NCBI GenBank assembly: GCA_043804695.1
Contig: JAZDIV010000033.1
Coordinates: forward strand, 1,907 to 65,906
Direction: 5' to 3'
Length of the DNA: 64,000 nucleotides
Source: PVC group bacterium
Lineage (GTDB): Bacteria > Auribacterota > Erginobacteria > Erginobacterales > Erginobacteraceae
Shown: positions 43,648 to 52,726 of the stretch, one piece after another
Layout: each line of letters starts with the position of its first letter
Numbering within the stretch: position 1 is the first letter of the stretch
Position numbers and translations under genes: made by a program
Notes under the pieces: generated by a model
The model's database searches: none
What the model was told of the DNA's origin: nothing
What the model saw: the letters and a program-made list of their open reading frames with translations, nothing else

Positions 43648-45426
43648 ATGAAAAAGCTGCTGGTAGCCGTCATCTTTTCCGTGATCCAGTTGGGTGCTGA
43701 TGGAAAGGCCGAGGCCTGTTCGGATGTTTTCGTCAACCAGGGGAGCGAGAAAGTTTCAGGCCGGAACATCGACTGGCCGATCGGCAATGCCATCCGGATG
43801 TCGCTGAATCCCCGGGGCGTGTACCAGACCGCCGTGCCCCTGCTGCCCGGAGATCAACCGGTAAGCTGGGTCTCCCGGTACGGGAGTATCACGCTGGGAT
43901 TGTATTTTATCGGCTCCTATATTCACCTGGACGGGATGAACGAGCACGGTTTGAGTGTGGGGATGCTGATGATGCTCGATGCGGTCTATCCGCCCCCCGA
44001 TTCCCGGCCGTACCTGAACGATGACAGATGGCCGCAGTACTACCTCGACAACTGCCGGACCGTCGCCGAGGTGGTGGCCATTGCGCCCACAATGAGAGTA
44101 TTCTGCCTGGTGGGGGGACACCTGGTTTTACACGATGCCTCCGGCGACTCCGCCGTAATGGAGTATGTTAACGGCGAATTGAAAATATACCTACCCCCGG
44201 AATATAACGGCGTGCTGACCAACGATCCCGACTATGAAGAACAATTGGCCAATCTCGCCAATTATGCGGGGTTCGGAGGGGACCTCCCTCTGCCCGGCGG
44301 CGTTGAATCCGAGTCCCGCTTCGTGCGGGCCTCCTGGTACCTCCAGACGCTCCCCGTGCCGGAATCGCTCGAAGAGACGATCGGCTCGACCCTGGCCATC
44401 ATGCAGAATGTAGCCAAACCTCTCTTCGACCGGGAGCAAAGTTGTACCCTGAGCACCAGCATTCGCGACCACACCGCTAAAAGGTATTACTGGCGCTCGT
44501 TCTGCCAGCCCAATCTCAGATACGTTGATCTGGATGCGGTGGACTTTTCGCCCGGCAACCCGGTAAGAGTGCTCGACCTCTATGCCGACCTGGTGGGCGA
44601 TGTTGAAAGCTACTTCAAGCCTGATCCCTCGCAACTGGTTATCCCCCGGGGGGACTATGACGGGGACGGGACCTCGGATATCGCCGTCTTCCGGGCGTTA
44701 TCCGGGATGTGGGCGGTCCGGGGGATAACCCGGGTTTACTTCGGTTCTCCGAAGGACCTGCCGGTGCCCGCAGATTATAGGGGTGACGGCACCACGGACA
44801 TCGCGGTTTATCGGGGCAATTCCGCCCTCTGGGCGATTAGAAACGTAACCCGGGATTACTTCGGAGGCCCGGCCGGCCGACCGGTCCCCGGAGATTACAA
44901 TGGTGACGGCAGTTCCGACATCGCCGTCTTTCAGGATAGAATTGGCCTCTGGGCTATCAAAGGCATAACCAGGACCTATTTCGGAAGCAGGGGTGATTTG
45001 CCGGTTGCCGGGGACTATGACGGGGACGGGACGATCGATATCGGGGTTCTCCGGCGCCGGATCGGCAGTGACCAATGGATCATTAAGGATCTCAGCCGCT
45101 TCTATTTCGGGGACGGGATGGGGATAGCTGTGCCCGGAGATTACGACGGCGACGGAACCTGGGAAGCCGCCCGTTACGCTCCTCTTACCTACGACTCCGC
45201 GCTCGGACGATGGGTAGTAAGGGGAATGAGCGATGTAATTTACGGCCTGGCTACCGATCTGCCGGTCCCGGCCGATTATGCCGGCGACGGCTCCGTCCGC
45301 CCGGCGATCTTCCGGGAGGATTCCGGCCTGTGGGCGGTCCGGGACCTGACCCGCTGCTACTTCGGCACCTGGTACGATCTGCCCTCCACCCGCCATAACT
45401 CACGGAAGCATGCTCGCCCCCGGTAA
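43648..45426 (+). CDS. secreted Ntn-hydrolase (choloylglycine hydrolase / linear amide C-N hydrolase family) fused to six repeat units
   Basis: AAAGGAGG RBS. The signal peptide ends ...GKAEA-CSDVFV, with the nucleophile Cys at the mature N-terminus. Six more divergent repeat units follow. Confidence 0.85.
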   Translation: MKKLLVAVIFSVIQLGADGKAEACSDVFVNQGSEKVSGRNIDWPIGNAIRMSLNPRGVYQTAVPLLPGDQPVSWVSRYGSITLGLYFIGSYIHLDGMNEHGLSVGMLMMLDAVYPPPDSRPYLNDDRWPQYYLDNCRTVAEVVAIAPTMRVFCLVGGHLVLHDASGDSAVMEYVNGELKIYLPPEYNGVLTNDPDYEEQLANLANYAGFGGDLPLPGGVESESRFVRASWYLQTLPVPESLEETIGSTLAIMQNVAKPLFDREQSCTLSTSIRDHTAKRYYWRSFCQPNLRYVDLDAVDFSPGNPVRVLDLYADLVGDVESYFKPDPSQLVIPRGDYDGDGTSDIAVFRALSGMWAVRGITRVYFGSPKDLPVPADYRGDGTTDIAVYRGNSALWAIRNVTRDYFGGPAGRPVPGDYNGDGSSDIAVFQDRIGLWAIKGITRTYFGSRGDLPVAGDYDGDGTIDIGVLRRRIGSDQWIIKDLSRFYFGDGMGIAVPGDYDGDGTWEAARYAPLTYDSALGRWVVRGMSDVIYGLATDLPVPADYAGDGSVRPAIFREDSGLWAVRDLTRCYFGTWYDLPSTRHNSRKHARPR

Positions 45427-45544
45427 GATCCGGGGTCAGGTCTGTCTTTCGGCTCTAGAGGCTCCAACGAGATACGGTGTTCCCCGCGGCAAATGTGGCA
45501 GGGGAATATCGGGAAATTGACCTTGAAAAAAGTTGTGCAGCTCG

Positions 45545-45588
45545 GGGAGTGAAAAAGCCGGCCTTTGTGGGCCGGCTTTTTCACTCCC
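45545..45588. terminator. bidirectional intrinsic terminator between convergent genes
   Basis: Perfect 19-bp stem gggagtgaaaaagccggcc / ggccggctttttcactccc with A- and T-runs on both sides. Confidence 0.8.
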
Positions 45589-46357
45589 TTCTCAGGTCGG
45601 TTATAGTAAAGCGGGTCTCCCCTATTTCACGCCGACCGAGACCCAGATCATAGTCGAGTGGGGGCGTCGAGCTTCCTCCCCGGACGACAAGACCCGGCTG
45701 GCTGGTATCACCATATACATGAAGTTTTGCGCCGGGACTGGTGGTCCCGATACCGACGTTCCCGGTCCGCTGGAAGGTGACCCGGTAGGCATCCTGAGTC
45801 TCATCGTAGAGGTAGAGCTTGTTGGCGGAACCATTGTAATAAATGCTCATGGCAATGGCGCCGCTCTCCCAGAATTCCACCAAGGAATTAGAGTTGACGC
45901 CGGATCCGTGAAGCGCCAGGGTGGCAGCATTGCCAGCGTCACCGGTATCCCAGACGTCCAGGTCGGAAGCGGAGGCAGTTGTCCCGATACCAACGGTGCC
46001 CGAATTGTAATAGATACCGCTTCCGCTCGGGAGCCAACGCCCGCCGTCACCCCCCAGGGAAATATCAGCGGAATTTCCGAAATAGGCCCGGGTCACGCCA
46101 CGGACGGCCCATAAACCGGTGCCCGGCCGGTTGACGGCTATCTCGTCGGTTCCGTCGCCGTTGTAGTCCCCGGGAGCCGGGTTGTCTCCCGTACCGCCGA
46201 AGTAAGCCCGGGTCACGCCACGGACGGCCCACAGACCGACATTGGGCCGGAATATACTGATGTCGTCGGTCTCATCGCCGTTAAAGTCGGCGGCCGGGGA
46301 GACTAGTCCGCGACTCAAGCTGAACAATACGACCAAAATCATCGCCGATCTCTTCAT
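45581..46357 (-). CDS. secreted protein: two repeat units plus a GTVGIGT/GNVGIGT fibre-like region
   Basis: Signal peptide MKRSAMILVVLFSLS. Two repeat units (ADFNGDETDDISIFRPNVGLWAVRGVTRAYFG...). Resembles the N-terminal half of 12722-13987. Confidence 0.75.
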   Translation of the reverse strand: MKRSAMILVVLFSLSRGLVSPAADFNGDETDDISIFRPNVGLWAVRGVTRAYFGGTGDNPAPGDYNGDGTDEIAVNRPGTGLWAVRGVTRAYFGNSADISLGGDGGRWLPSGSGIYYNSGTVGIGTTASASDLDVWDTGDAGNAATLALHGSGVNSNSLVEFWESGAIAMSIYYNGSANKLYLYDETQDAYRVTFQRTGNVGIGTTSPGAKLHVYGDTSQPGLVVRGGSSTPPLDYDLGLGRREIGETRFTITDLRRE

Positions 46358-46438
46358 CTCCTCTTCTCCTTGTTTATTTTCACTCGCTTGCTATGTGTAA
46401 AAAACAACCCGGTTGGACAGGAAGCCCACAAAGGAAAT

Positions 46439-46678
46439 TTATACCTTAATATAAAAGCATTCATCAAGGAAAAGCAAAAATCCTGCCAGCTTCCGGGCGA
46501 TGCCGAGCGTCCCTGACATGCCGGGTATCCCCTGGGAGAAGCTCGAGGGATGCCAGGATATTTCCTGGATCGTTCCTTCGATGGTCATCGGATCGATCGG
46601 TATCCTGGGGGCGGAAAAAGACGGGCTAACCAGGAGCACGGACAACATGGGCAGGGCGACGGAGAGGGCACGTTTCAT
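46439..46678 (-). CDS. small secreted hypothetical protein
   Basis: AAGGAGG RBS before ATG 46678. Signal peptide [23 protein letters not shown]. Confidence 0.45.
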   Translation of the reverse strand: MKRALSVALPMLSVLLVSPSFSAPRIPIDPMTIEGTIQEISWHPSSFSQGIPGMSGTLGIARKLAGFLLFLDECFYIKV

Positions 46679-46748
46679 GGCTTCCTCCTTTGTTCTCTTG
46701 TTTTCTGTCGGACGATGGGGGTGGAGTCCGGGTCTTCCCGCCCGGAGG

Positions 46749-47051
46749 TCACTCCTGCAGTTTGACCTCGTTCCCGGTGGCCAGGCTCCGGAGCCTGACG
46801 GCGCCCCCAGGGGTCCGGGTGGTGAAGAGGGGACCCTGCGGAGCGAAGGAATCGAACGATTCGCCCTCGATCCGCAGGAGCGTTTTCCCGGTGGCGCTCT
46901 CCCACAGTATCACCTCGCGCGGCGCATCGACGGTCTTTCCCAGCACCGATTCGATCGTGATGATTTTGCCGTCGGGAGAGAAGGCTGCAGCCGACCCGGG
47001 GAGCGGACGGCCCTTTTCCGGGGCCGCATAAAGTGATATACTGTGCTGGGG
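46749..47051 (-). pseudogene. 5'-truncated WD40/PD40-like repeat fragment
   Basis: The stop-to-stop frame reads ...[43 protein letters not shown]... There is no ATG. It abuts the divergent gene at 47058. Confidence 0.35.
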
Positions 47052-47057
47052 TCATAC

Positions 47058-48821
47058 ATGAAACCGAAGTTACCATCCTGGTGGAGCATCTTCTTCTTTC
47101 TTCTGTCGGTGTGCGACGGCGCAGGCGATACGGTGTGTGCCGGCACAAATCCCCTCACCGGCTTCGAGACCCGTTCCGACGGGGCGACCCGGATCACCGA
47201 CGCGCTCCCCCGCAGCTGCCAGAACCCGGTCTTTTCTCCCGACAGTCAATACATCCTCTTCACGCGATTCATCAACGGCTACAATGACGGCCCCTCAGAA
47301 TTGGTGCGGATACGGATCGATGCCACGGCTGAGACGGTGATCGTCTCTTCCGCCGATGCCGATAACGTCAACGTACCCTTCGGCTCCTGGGCCTCGGGGA
47401 AGATCTGCTGGGCATCGGACCGGGGCGGGGGGGCGGAAGAGGTCTTCGTCGCCGACGAAGACGGGACGAACATCCGCCAGGTGACCGACCACCCCACGAG
47501 CCAGGGATACTATATCGAACCGGTCTTCAACCCCGCCGACACCAACAAAATCCTCTTTGAGATTTCTCCCTCTGACTCATCGGCACACCTGATCGCGCTG
47601 GTCGAGCGAGACAAAGGAGACCGGGTCACCATCCTGACCGGTGGTACAACGTATGACGACCGCCTTCCGTCCTGGTCACGCGACGGCTCGAAGATTCTCT
47701 TTCAGAGAACCGGCATCTCCGGCCCGGAGAACTGGGAGATTTACACCGCGGCTATAACTCTCGGCGACTCACCCTGCCTCAGTAATTATGTCAACATCTC
47801 CAATGCCACGTCACAGGAAACCGACAACTCCTGGTCATACCTGGACACACGGGTTCTCTCCTCCAGCGATTACGGGAACCTTCCCGTCCCCAATATCTAT
47901 GCCTTTCCCTCGAGCGGGGCGGGCCGGCCGCGCCGGGTGACTTACTCCAATGTTTACGAAGACGGCGCCCCTGCCTATTCCCCCGATGGGAAATGGATCG
48001 CGTTCGAGTCGCATTCCACCGTCAACGAGGACTCGCCATCGGCGATCTGGATCATCCCCGCCCGGCCGACGGCCGACCCGATATCTTTTCGCGGGGGTGA
48101 TTACACTGGCGACGGTACGTCCGACATCGCCGTCTTCCGGCCTGTGTCGGGTCTCTGGGCGGTCCGGGGTATCAGCAGGGCTTACTTCGGAGGAGCTTGC
48201 GACCTCCCCAAACCCGGAGATTATGATGGAGACGGGACGGGAGAGGCCGGTATCTTCCGCCCGGAGGCAGGTCTCTGGGCGATCCGCGGTGTCACCCGGT
48301 GCTATTACGGCTCCGCCGATGCTCAGCCGGTGCCCGGCGACTACAACGGTGACCGTCTGTGCGATCTCGCTCTTTTCCGTTGGGGCGCCGGTCTCTGGGC
48401 GGTCCGGGGGATAACACGTGGATACTTCGGCTCCGCGGACGATCAGCCGGTCTCCGGTGATTATAATGGTGATGGAACTCTGGATCCGGCCATTTTTCGG
48501 CCCCTGACAGGTCTCTGGGCAATCCGGAAGATCAGCAGATTCTACTTCGGGGCGGTGAGCGACGGCGCTTTCCCGGGAGATTACAACGGAGACGGAACCG
48601 CAGAGGCCGCGGTCTTCCGGGGCGTCTCCGGCCTCTGGGCGGTCCGGGGTGTCACCCGGAGATACTTCGGGGCCGCAACCGACCATCCTGTCCCCGCCGA
48701 TTACAACGGAAACGGCGGGGATGATATCGGGATATTCCGCGCCAGTTCCGGCCTCTGGGCGGTCCGGGGTATCAGCCGGGTCTATTTCGGCGCCCCGGGA
48801 GACCTCCCCGTCACCCGCTGA
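47058..48821 (+). CDS. secreted TolB/PD40-like beta-propeller protein fused to six repeat units
   Basis: Signal MKPKLPSWWSIFFFLLSV. PD40-type FSPDSQYILF, PSWSRDGSKILF and YSPDGKWIAFES. Six repeat units end in GDLPVTR-stop. Confidence 0.85.
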   Translation: MKPKLPSWWSIFFFLLSVCDGAGDTVCAGTNPLTGFETRSDGATRITDALPRSCQNPVFSPDSQYILFTRFINGYNDGPSELVRIRIDATAETVIVSSADADNVNVPFGSWASGKICWASDRGGGAEEVFVADEDGTNIRQVTDHPTSQGYYIEPVFNPADTNKILFEISPSDSSAHLIALVERDKGDRVTILTGGTTYDDRLPSWSRDGSKILFQRTGISGPENWEIYTAAITLGDSPCLSNYVNISNATSQETDNSWSYLDTRVLSSSDYGNLPVPNIYAFPSSGAGRPRRVTYSNVYEDGAPAYSPDGKWIAFESHSTVNEDSPSAIWIIPARPTADPISFRGGDYTGDGTSDIAVFRPVSGLWAVRGISRAYFGGACDLPKPGDYDGDGTGEAGIFRPEAGLWAIRGVTRCYYGSADAQPVPGDYNGDRLCDLALFRWGAGLWAVRGITRGYFGSADDQPVSGDYNGDGTLDPAIFRPLTGLWAIRKISRFYFGAVSDGAFPGDYNGDGTAEAAVFRGVSGLWAVRGVTRRYFGAATDHPVPADYNGNGGDDIGIFRASSGLWAVRGISRVYFGAPGDLPVTR

Positions 48822-49039
48822 TCCGGATCCGGCTTATTCAATCTCGCAGGCTGGCCGCTTCGCGTCCATGCCGTGCAGGTGATTACACACTAAAATAACT
48901 CCCCCGGCAGTTCCCCTCCCCGTCAGAACCGTTCCTCCCAGGCGTCTATTGTTTAACGGCATCTGCCTCAAGGCAGTTGCCGGGTTTATACTCCTCATCT
49001 TTTCCTCCCTTAAAAAATTAAAAAAAATCAAAAAAAGTA

Positions 49040-49068
49040 TTGACTACTTCGTCTAAATCGACTATATG
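49040..49068 (+). promoter_or_regulatory. candidate sigma70-type promoter with an A-rich upstream tract
   Basis: TTGACT - 17 nt - TATATG, preceded by aaaaaattaaaaaaaatcaaaaaaag. Confidence 0.4.
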
Positions 49069-49240
49069 GTCATAATCAACTAAATAGTCGATCATGACCA
49101 AGTTGTCGTACTCAACCAATCAGTCAATATCGACCGATGTGTCGTACTCAACCAATCAGTCGATTATGACCAATGTGTCGTACTCAACCAATCAGTCGAT
49201 TATGACGATGTTGTCGTATTAGACTGATCGGTCATTATGT
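49069..49240. repeat. tandem 36-bp repeats (three near-identical units plus degenerate flanking copies) filling the tetR leader
   Basis: Units start at 49103, 49139, 49175 and 49210, e.g. gtgtcgtactcaaccaatcagtcgattatgaccaat. An internal 18-bp half-period shares ACCAATnnGTCG. Confidence 0.85.
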
Positions 49241-49906
49241 ATGAATGCAACGCTGAAAAGCCGGCACACCCGGCGAGCCCTGGCTACCCGGGGCAAACTG
49301 CTCGAAGCCGCCCGGACCCTTTTCACGGAACGGGGGTTTGAACTCACCTCCATTGACGACATAACGCGCCGGGCCGATGTCGGGAAGGGGACTTTCTATT
49401 ACCACTTCACCGACCGGGAAGAGATCATCAAGGCCCTGATCGAGTGGGTGATCGGAGAACTGCTGGCCGTTATCGATAACACGTGCCGGGAAGCCACGGA
49501 TCTGAAAACAACTCTGGAGGGTTTGATCGAAGCTCACATCAAGTTCTTTTCGAACCGGTGGGAGGACTTCGTGCTCTTCTTCCAGGGGAGAACCGAGCTT
49601 ACCATCGAGCTGAGTTATGACGGGATTGAGACTCCGTTCCTGAAGTACCTGGAGCGGGTCGAAGAGCTGCTGGTACCTTTTCTCCAGCGAAGGCTGCCGC
49701 CGCCGATCATGCGACGGATCGCCTGCGCGGTAGTGGGGCTGGTCTCCGGTTATTACTCTTTCGCGGCCATCGAATCGCTGGATGACGGTATAGATGCCAC
49801 GTTCGCCTCGCTCCGCGAGGCGATGGTGGCGAGCATGATGCGCTTCGTCCAGGAAGCAAGCACCACGACCGAGAATAGGAGCCAGGAGAAAGAGGCTGGA
49901 CAATAA
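49241..49906 (+). CDS. TetR/AcrR-family transcriptional regulator
   Basis: N-terminal HTH TRGKLLEAARTLFTERGFELTSIDDITRRADVGKGTFYYHF. Confidence 0.9.
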   Translation: MNATLKSRHTRRALATRGKLLEAARTLFTERGFELTSIDDITRRADVGKGTFYYHFTDREEIIKALIEWVIGELLAVIDNTCREATDLKTTLEGLIEAHIKFFSNRWEDFVLFFQGRTELTIELSYDGIETPFLKYLERVEELLVPFLQRRLPPPIMRRIACAVVGLVSGYYSFAAIESLDDGIDATFASLREAMVASMMRFVQEASTTTENRSQEKEAGQ

Positions 49907-49983
49907 TTTACACATTAACAGGCGCACAGCACCGAGGCCATTCGGCCCGCTGACTGTGCGGTAACCTCAAGAGGAGAACCTCA

Positions 49984-50487
49984 TTGAAAACTATCGATGA
50001 GATAGAAAAAACCGATCCGATCGCCATTCCGGGAACCCGGCGACGGCGTCTTAACGGAATCAATCGGAAACCCGGCGACGGGCCAACGATTAAAGAGGCG
50101 GAAGGACGGCGCGTCTTCAATGAAGCGGTCAAGAAGTCCGTCTGGGGGATGGCGGCCAGCATCGACATCTACAACTGCGATCCGGCCACGATCCGGGACG
50201 CCGACAAGATCCGCCGGTTCGTCGCCGAACTCTGCGACCTGATCGGGATGAAGAGGTTCGGCGAAACTCAGGTGGTCCACTTCGGCGAGGACGAGCGGGT
50301 GGCGGGCTACTCCATGATCCAGCTGATCGAGACCTCGCTGATCTCCGCCCATTTCGCCAATCTGACCAACACCGTTTACCTCGACGTCTTCAGCTGCAAA
50401 CCGTACGATCCCGTCAAGGCGGAACGGTTCGCCCTCAAGTTCTTCGGGGGCACCCGCTGCATCACCAAGATCAACCTGAGGATGTGA
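49984..50487 (+). CDS. AdoMetDC-like (SpeH family, PF02675-type) pyruvoyl-dependent decarboxylase homologue
   Basis: Core IDIYNCDP...AGYSMIQLIETSLISAHFAN...YLDVFSCKPYDP parallels the SpeH self-cleavage region (E-S). The start is uncertain: TTG 49984 gives a ~55-aa extension, and ATG 50149 is the alternative. Confidence 0.7.
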   Translation: MKTIDEIEKTDPIAIPGTRRRRLNGINRKPGDGPTIKEAEGRRVFNEAVKKSVWGMAASIDIYNCDPATIRDADKIRRFVAELCDLIGMKRFGETQVVHFGEDERVAGYSMIQLIETSLISAHFANLTNTVYLDVFSCKPYDPVKAERFALKFFGGTRCITKINLRM

Positions 50488-50490
50488 CCC

Positions 50491-51447
50491 GTGCTCGAAT
50501 TCCGCATCATCACCGACCCGGACGAGTGCCGGGAGATCTGGGAACGGGTCATCCCCCGGGAAACCGTGACGGATCTCTGGGAGATCCGGGACTGCTTTCA
50601 CCGGCACTTCCGGCGTCCGTCCTGCTTCATAACGGCCGTCAGCGGGGGGGAGGTCGTCGGCTTCCTCCCCGTGAGCCGGATCGAGGAGGCCGGCGTCTAC
50701 GGCTACTTCCCCGGCGAGACCTGGGAGGGCGAAACCTGGCTGGAACAGAACCGGATCATCGCCCGGGATGACGGGATCCTCCGGGGTCTGCTCGAACGCT
50801 GCCCGGGGCGGCATCACCTCCGCTACCTCGTCAACGGGGGGGAGGGGTGCGCCGTGGATGAGATCGGCTACCTTTTCTCCCCCCCTTCCTACGGGTACGA
50901 CTTCGATAAGTACCTGGCCGAGTTCTCCGGCAAATCGCGGAAACGCCTGAAGCGGGACCTGGAATCACTTGAGAACCGCGGTGTCGAGTACCTCCATGAC
51001 CGGGTCGAGGATTTTGATCACATCGTGCGTCTCAACATCGGGCGGTTCGGCGAGCGGTCATACTTTTCCGACCCCCGTTTCACGCAGAGCTTCTACAGCA
51101 TTCTCGATCTCCTCCGGGAACGGGGATGGCTCCGCCTGACCACCGTCCTAATCGAGGGCCGGGTGGCCGCGGTCGACATCGGCTGCGTGTACAACGGCGT
51201 CTATACCCTGCTCGGCGGGGGGACGGACGGCGATTACCCCGGGGTGGCCAAGCTGATCAACATCCACCATATCCGCCGGGCGTGCCGCGAGCGGCTGGAC
51301 CTGGTCGATTTCCTCTGCGGCGATTTTTCCTGGAAATCGCTCTTCCATCTCTCGGTGCGCCCGCTTTATCTCCTGTCCGGCTCTTTTCCCCGGGAAGCGC
51401 ACAGACCGGCGCCGGCCGACCGGAGGGAAATGGTGTATGCCGGATGA
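50491..51447 (+). CDS. GNAT-fold acyl/aminoacyl transferase (Acetyltransf_6 / FemAB-CelD-like)
   Basis: GTG start 3 nt after the upstream stop. C-terminal half RVAAVDIGCVYNGVYTLLGGGTDGDYPGVAKLINIHHIRRA. Confidence 0.7.
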   Translation: MLEFRIITDPDECREIWERVIPRETVTDLWEIRDCFHRHFRRPSCFITAVSGGEVVGFLPVSRIEEAGVYGYFPGETWEGETWLEQNRIIARDDGILRGLLERCPGRHHLRYLVNGGEGCAVDEIGYLFSPPSYGYDFDKYLAEFSGKSRKRLKRDLESLENRGVEYLHDRVEDFDHIVRLNIGRFGERSYFSDPRFTQSFYSILDLLRERGWLRLTTVLIEGRVAAVDIGCVYNGVYTLLGGGTDGDYPGVAKLINIHHIRRACRERLDLVDFLCGDFSWKSLFHLSVRPLYLLSGSFPREAHRPAPADRREMVYAG

Positions 51448-52726
51448 GCGCGTCCTGGTCGCGGGGACAACGGCCGACTACATCGACCTCATCCGTCGCC
51501 GCTTTCCCGGCCGGGCGGTTTTCCTGACCGATCCGGCGGAACGGGCCAAACCTTCCCCCTACCCGGCACCCGACCGGGCATCCGAAATTCTCTGCGGCCT
51601 GTCCTCCCCCCGGGAGGCGCTGGCCGCCCTCGACGGTCATCTCCGGAGGCAGAAGCAACGGCTCACCGGGGTCGCCTGTTTCGACTGCGAATCCCTCTCC
51701 CTGGCGGCGGAGATCGCCCGCTCTTTTTCGCTCCCTTTCCCTTCCCTGGAAGCCGTGGACGCTTCCCGGAACAAGTTCTTTTCCAAGCGCCTCTGGCTGG
51801 AAGCCGGTCTCCCCTGCCCGGAGGTGCGGCTGGCGCGGACGGCGGACGCCGCGGCGGATTTCCTCCGGGGGATGACCCGGGCGGCCGTCATGAAGCCTCT
51901 GACCGGGAGCGGGAGCGAGCTGATCTTTCTCTGCCGTGATGAAAAGGACTGCCGGAGAGCATTCGCCACCTTAAGCGAAAAGCTATCCTCCCATCCTAAC
52001 AGCAGGATGTATGAACCGCGGACCTGGCGGGGGGAGGAGATCGATCCCCGCAAAGCCTTCGTGATCGAGGAGATGGTGGAGGGAGAAGAGCTGAGTTGCG
52101 ATTTCGCGCTCGATCACGGCGCGGTGAAGATCATCCGGATCGCGAGAAAGATACTCGCCCGGAACCAGACCTTCGGCACGGTCCTGGCCTACATCCTGAC
52201 GAACGCGCTCCCTTCCGGCATCGATCCGGCCGGTTTCCGCCGGCAGATGGCGGAGGCGGCCCGGGCCCTCGGCATTTCCCGCAGCATCTGCATGATCGAC
52301 TTCATGGTCTCCCGGGGAAGGGCCCTGATGCTGGAAATGACCCCCCGGCCGGGGGGCGACTGCCTGGTCTCCCTGGAACGGCTGAGCGCCGGCTTCGACA
52401 TGCTGGGCTACGCGCTCGATTTCGCCGAGGGACGTCAGGAAGATCCGCCCCCGGCCGGGAGCTGGCAGCCGCTGGTGGGGATCCATTTACTGGCGGACCG
52501 TCCCGGCACGATCCGGGCGATCGACGACCGGAAGCTCCGGGGCGATCCCCGGGTGCTCGAATACAGCCTGACGGCCGGGCCCGGCCGGCGGGTGCTGATG
52601 CCCCCCGACGACTACGATTCCCGTAAACTGGGGCACGCGGTCTTCCGGCCGCGCGATCCGGCCGGGATCGAAAAAGAGTGCCTCGAACTGTCCGCCCGAC
52701 TTATAGTGGAATTTGAGCCTGAATGA
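51437..52726 (+). CDS. ATP-grasp domain ligase
   Basis: NKFFSKRLWLEAGLPCPE...AVMKPLTGSGSELIF...EEMVEGEELSCDF is the ATP-grasp core. It overlaps both neighbouring genes. Confidence 0.8.
   Translation: MPDERVLVAGTTADYIDLIRRRFPGRAVFLTDPAERAKPSPYPAPDRASEILCGLSSPREALAALDGHLRRQKQRLTGVACFDCESLSLAAEIARSFSLPFPSLEAVDASRNKFFSKRLWLEAGLPCPEVRLARTADAAADFLRGMTRAAVMKPLTGSGSELIFLCRDEKDCRRAFATLSEKLSSHPNSRMYEPRTWRGEEIDPRKAFVIEEMVEGEELSCDFALDHGAVKIIRIARKILARNQTFGTVLAYILTNALPSGIDPAGFRRQMAEAARALGISRSICMIDFMVSRGRALMLEMTPRPGGDCLVSLERLSAGFDMLGYALDFAEGRQEDPPPAGSWQPLVGIHLLADRPGTIRAIDDRKLRGDPRVLEYSLTAGPGRRVLMPPDDYDSRKLGHAVFRPRDPAGIEKECLELSARLIVEFEPE

Noticed and set aside
49069-49240. Possible CRISPR array (36-bp repeats)
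   Set aside because: The repeats are directly tandem with no unique spacers. There are no cas genes, and the array lies in a promoter-to-ATG leader.
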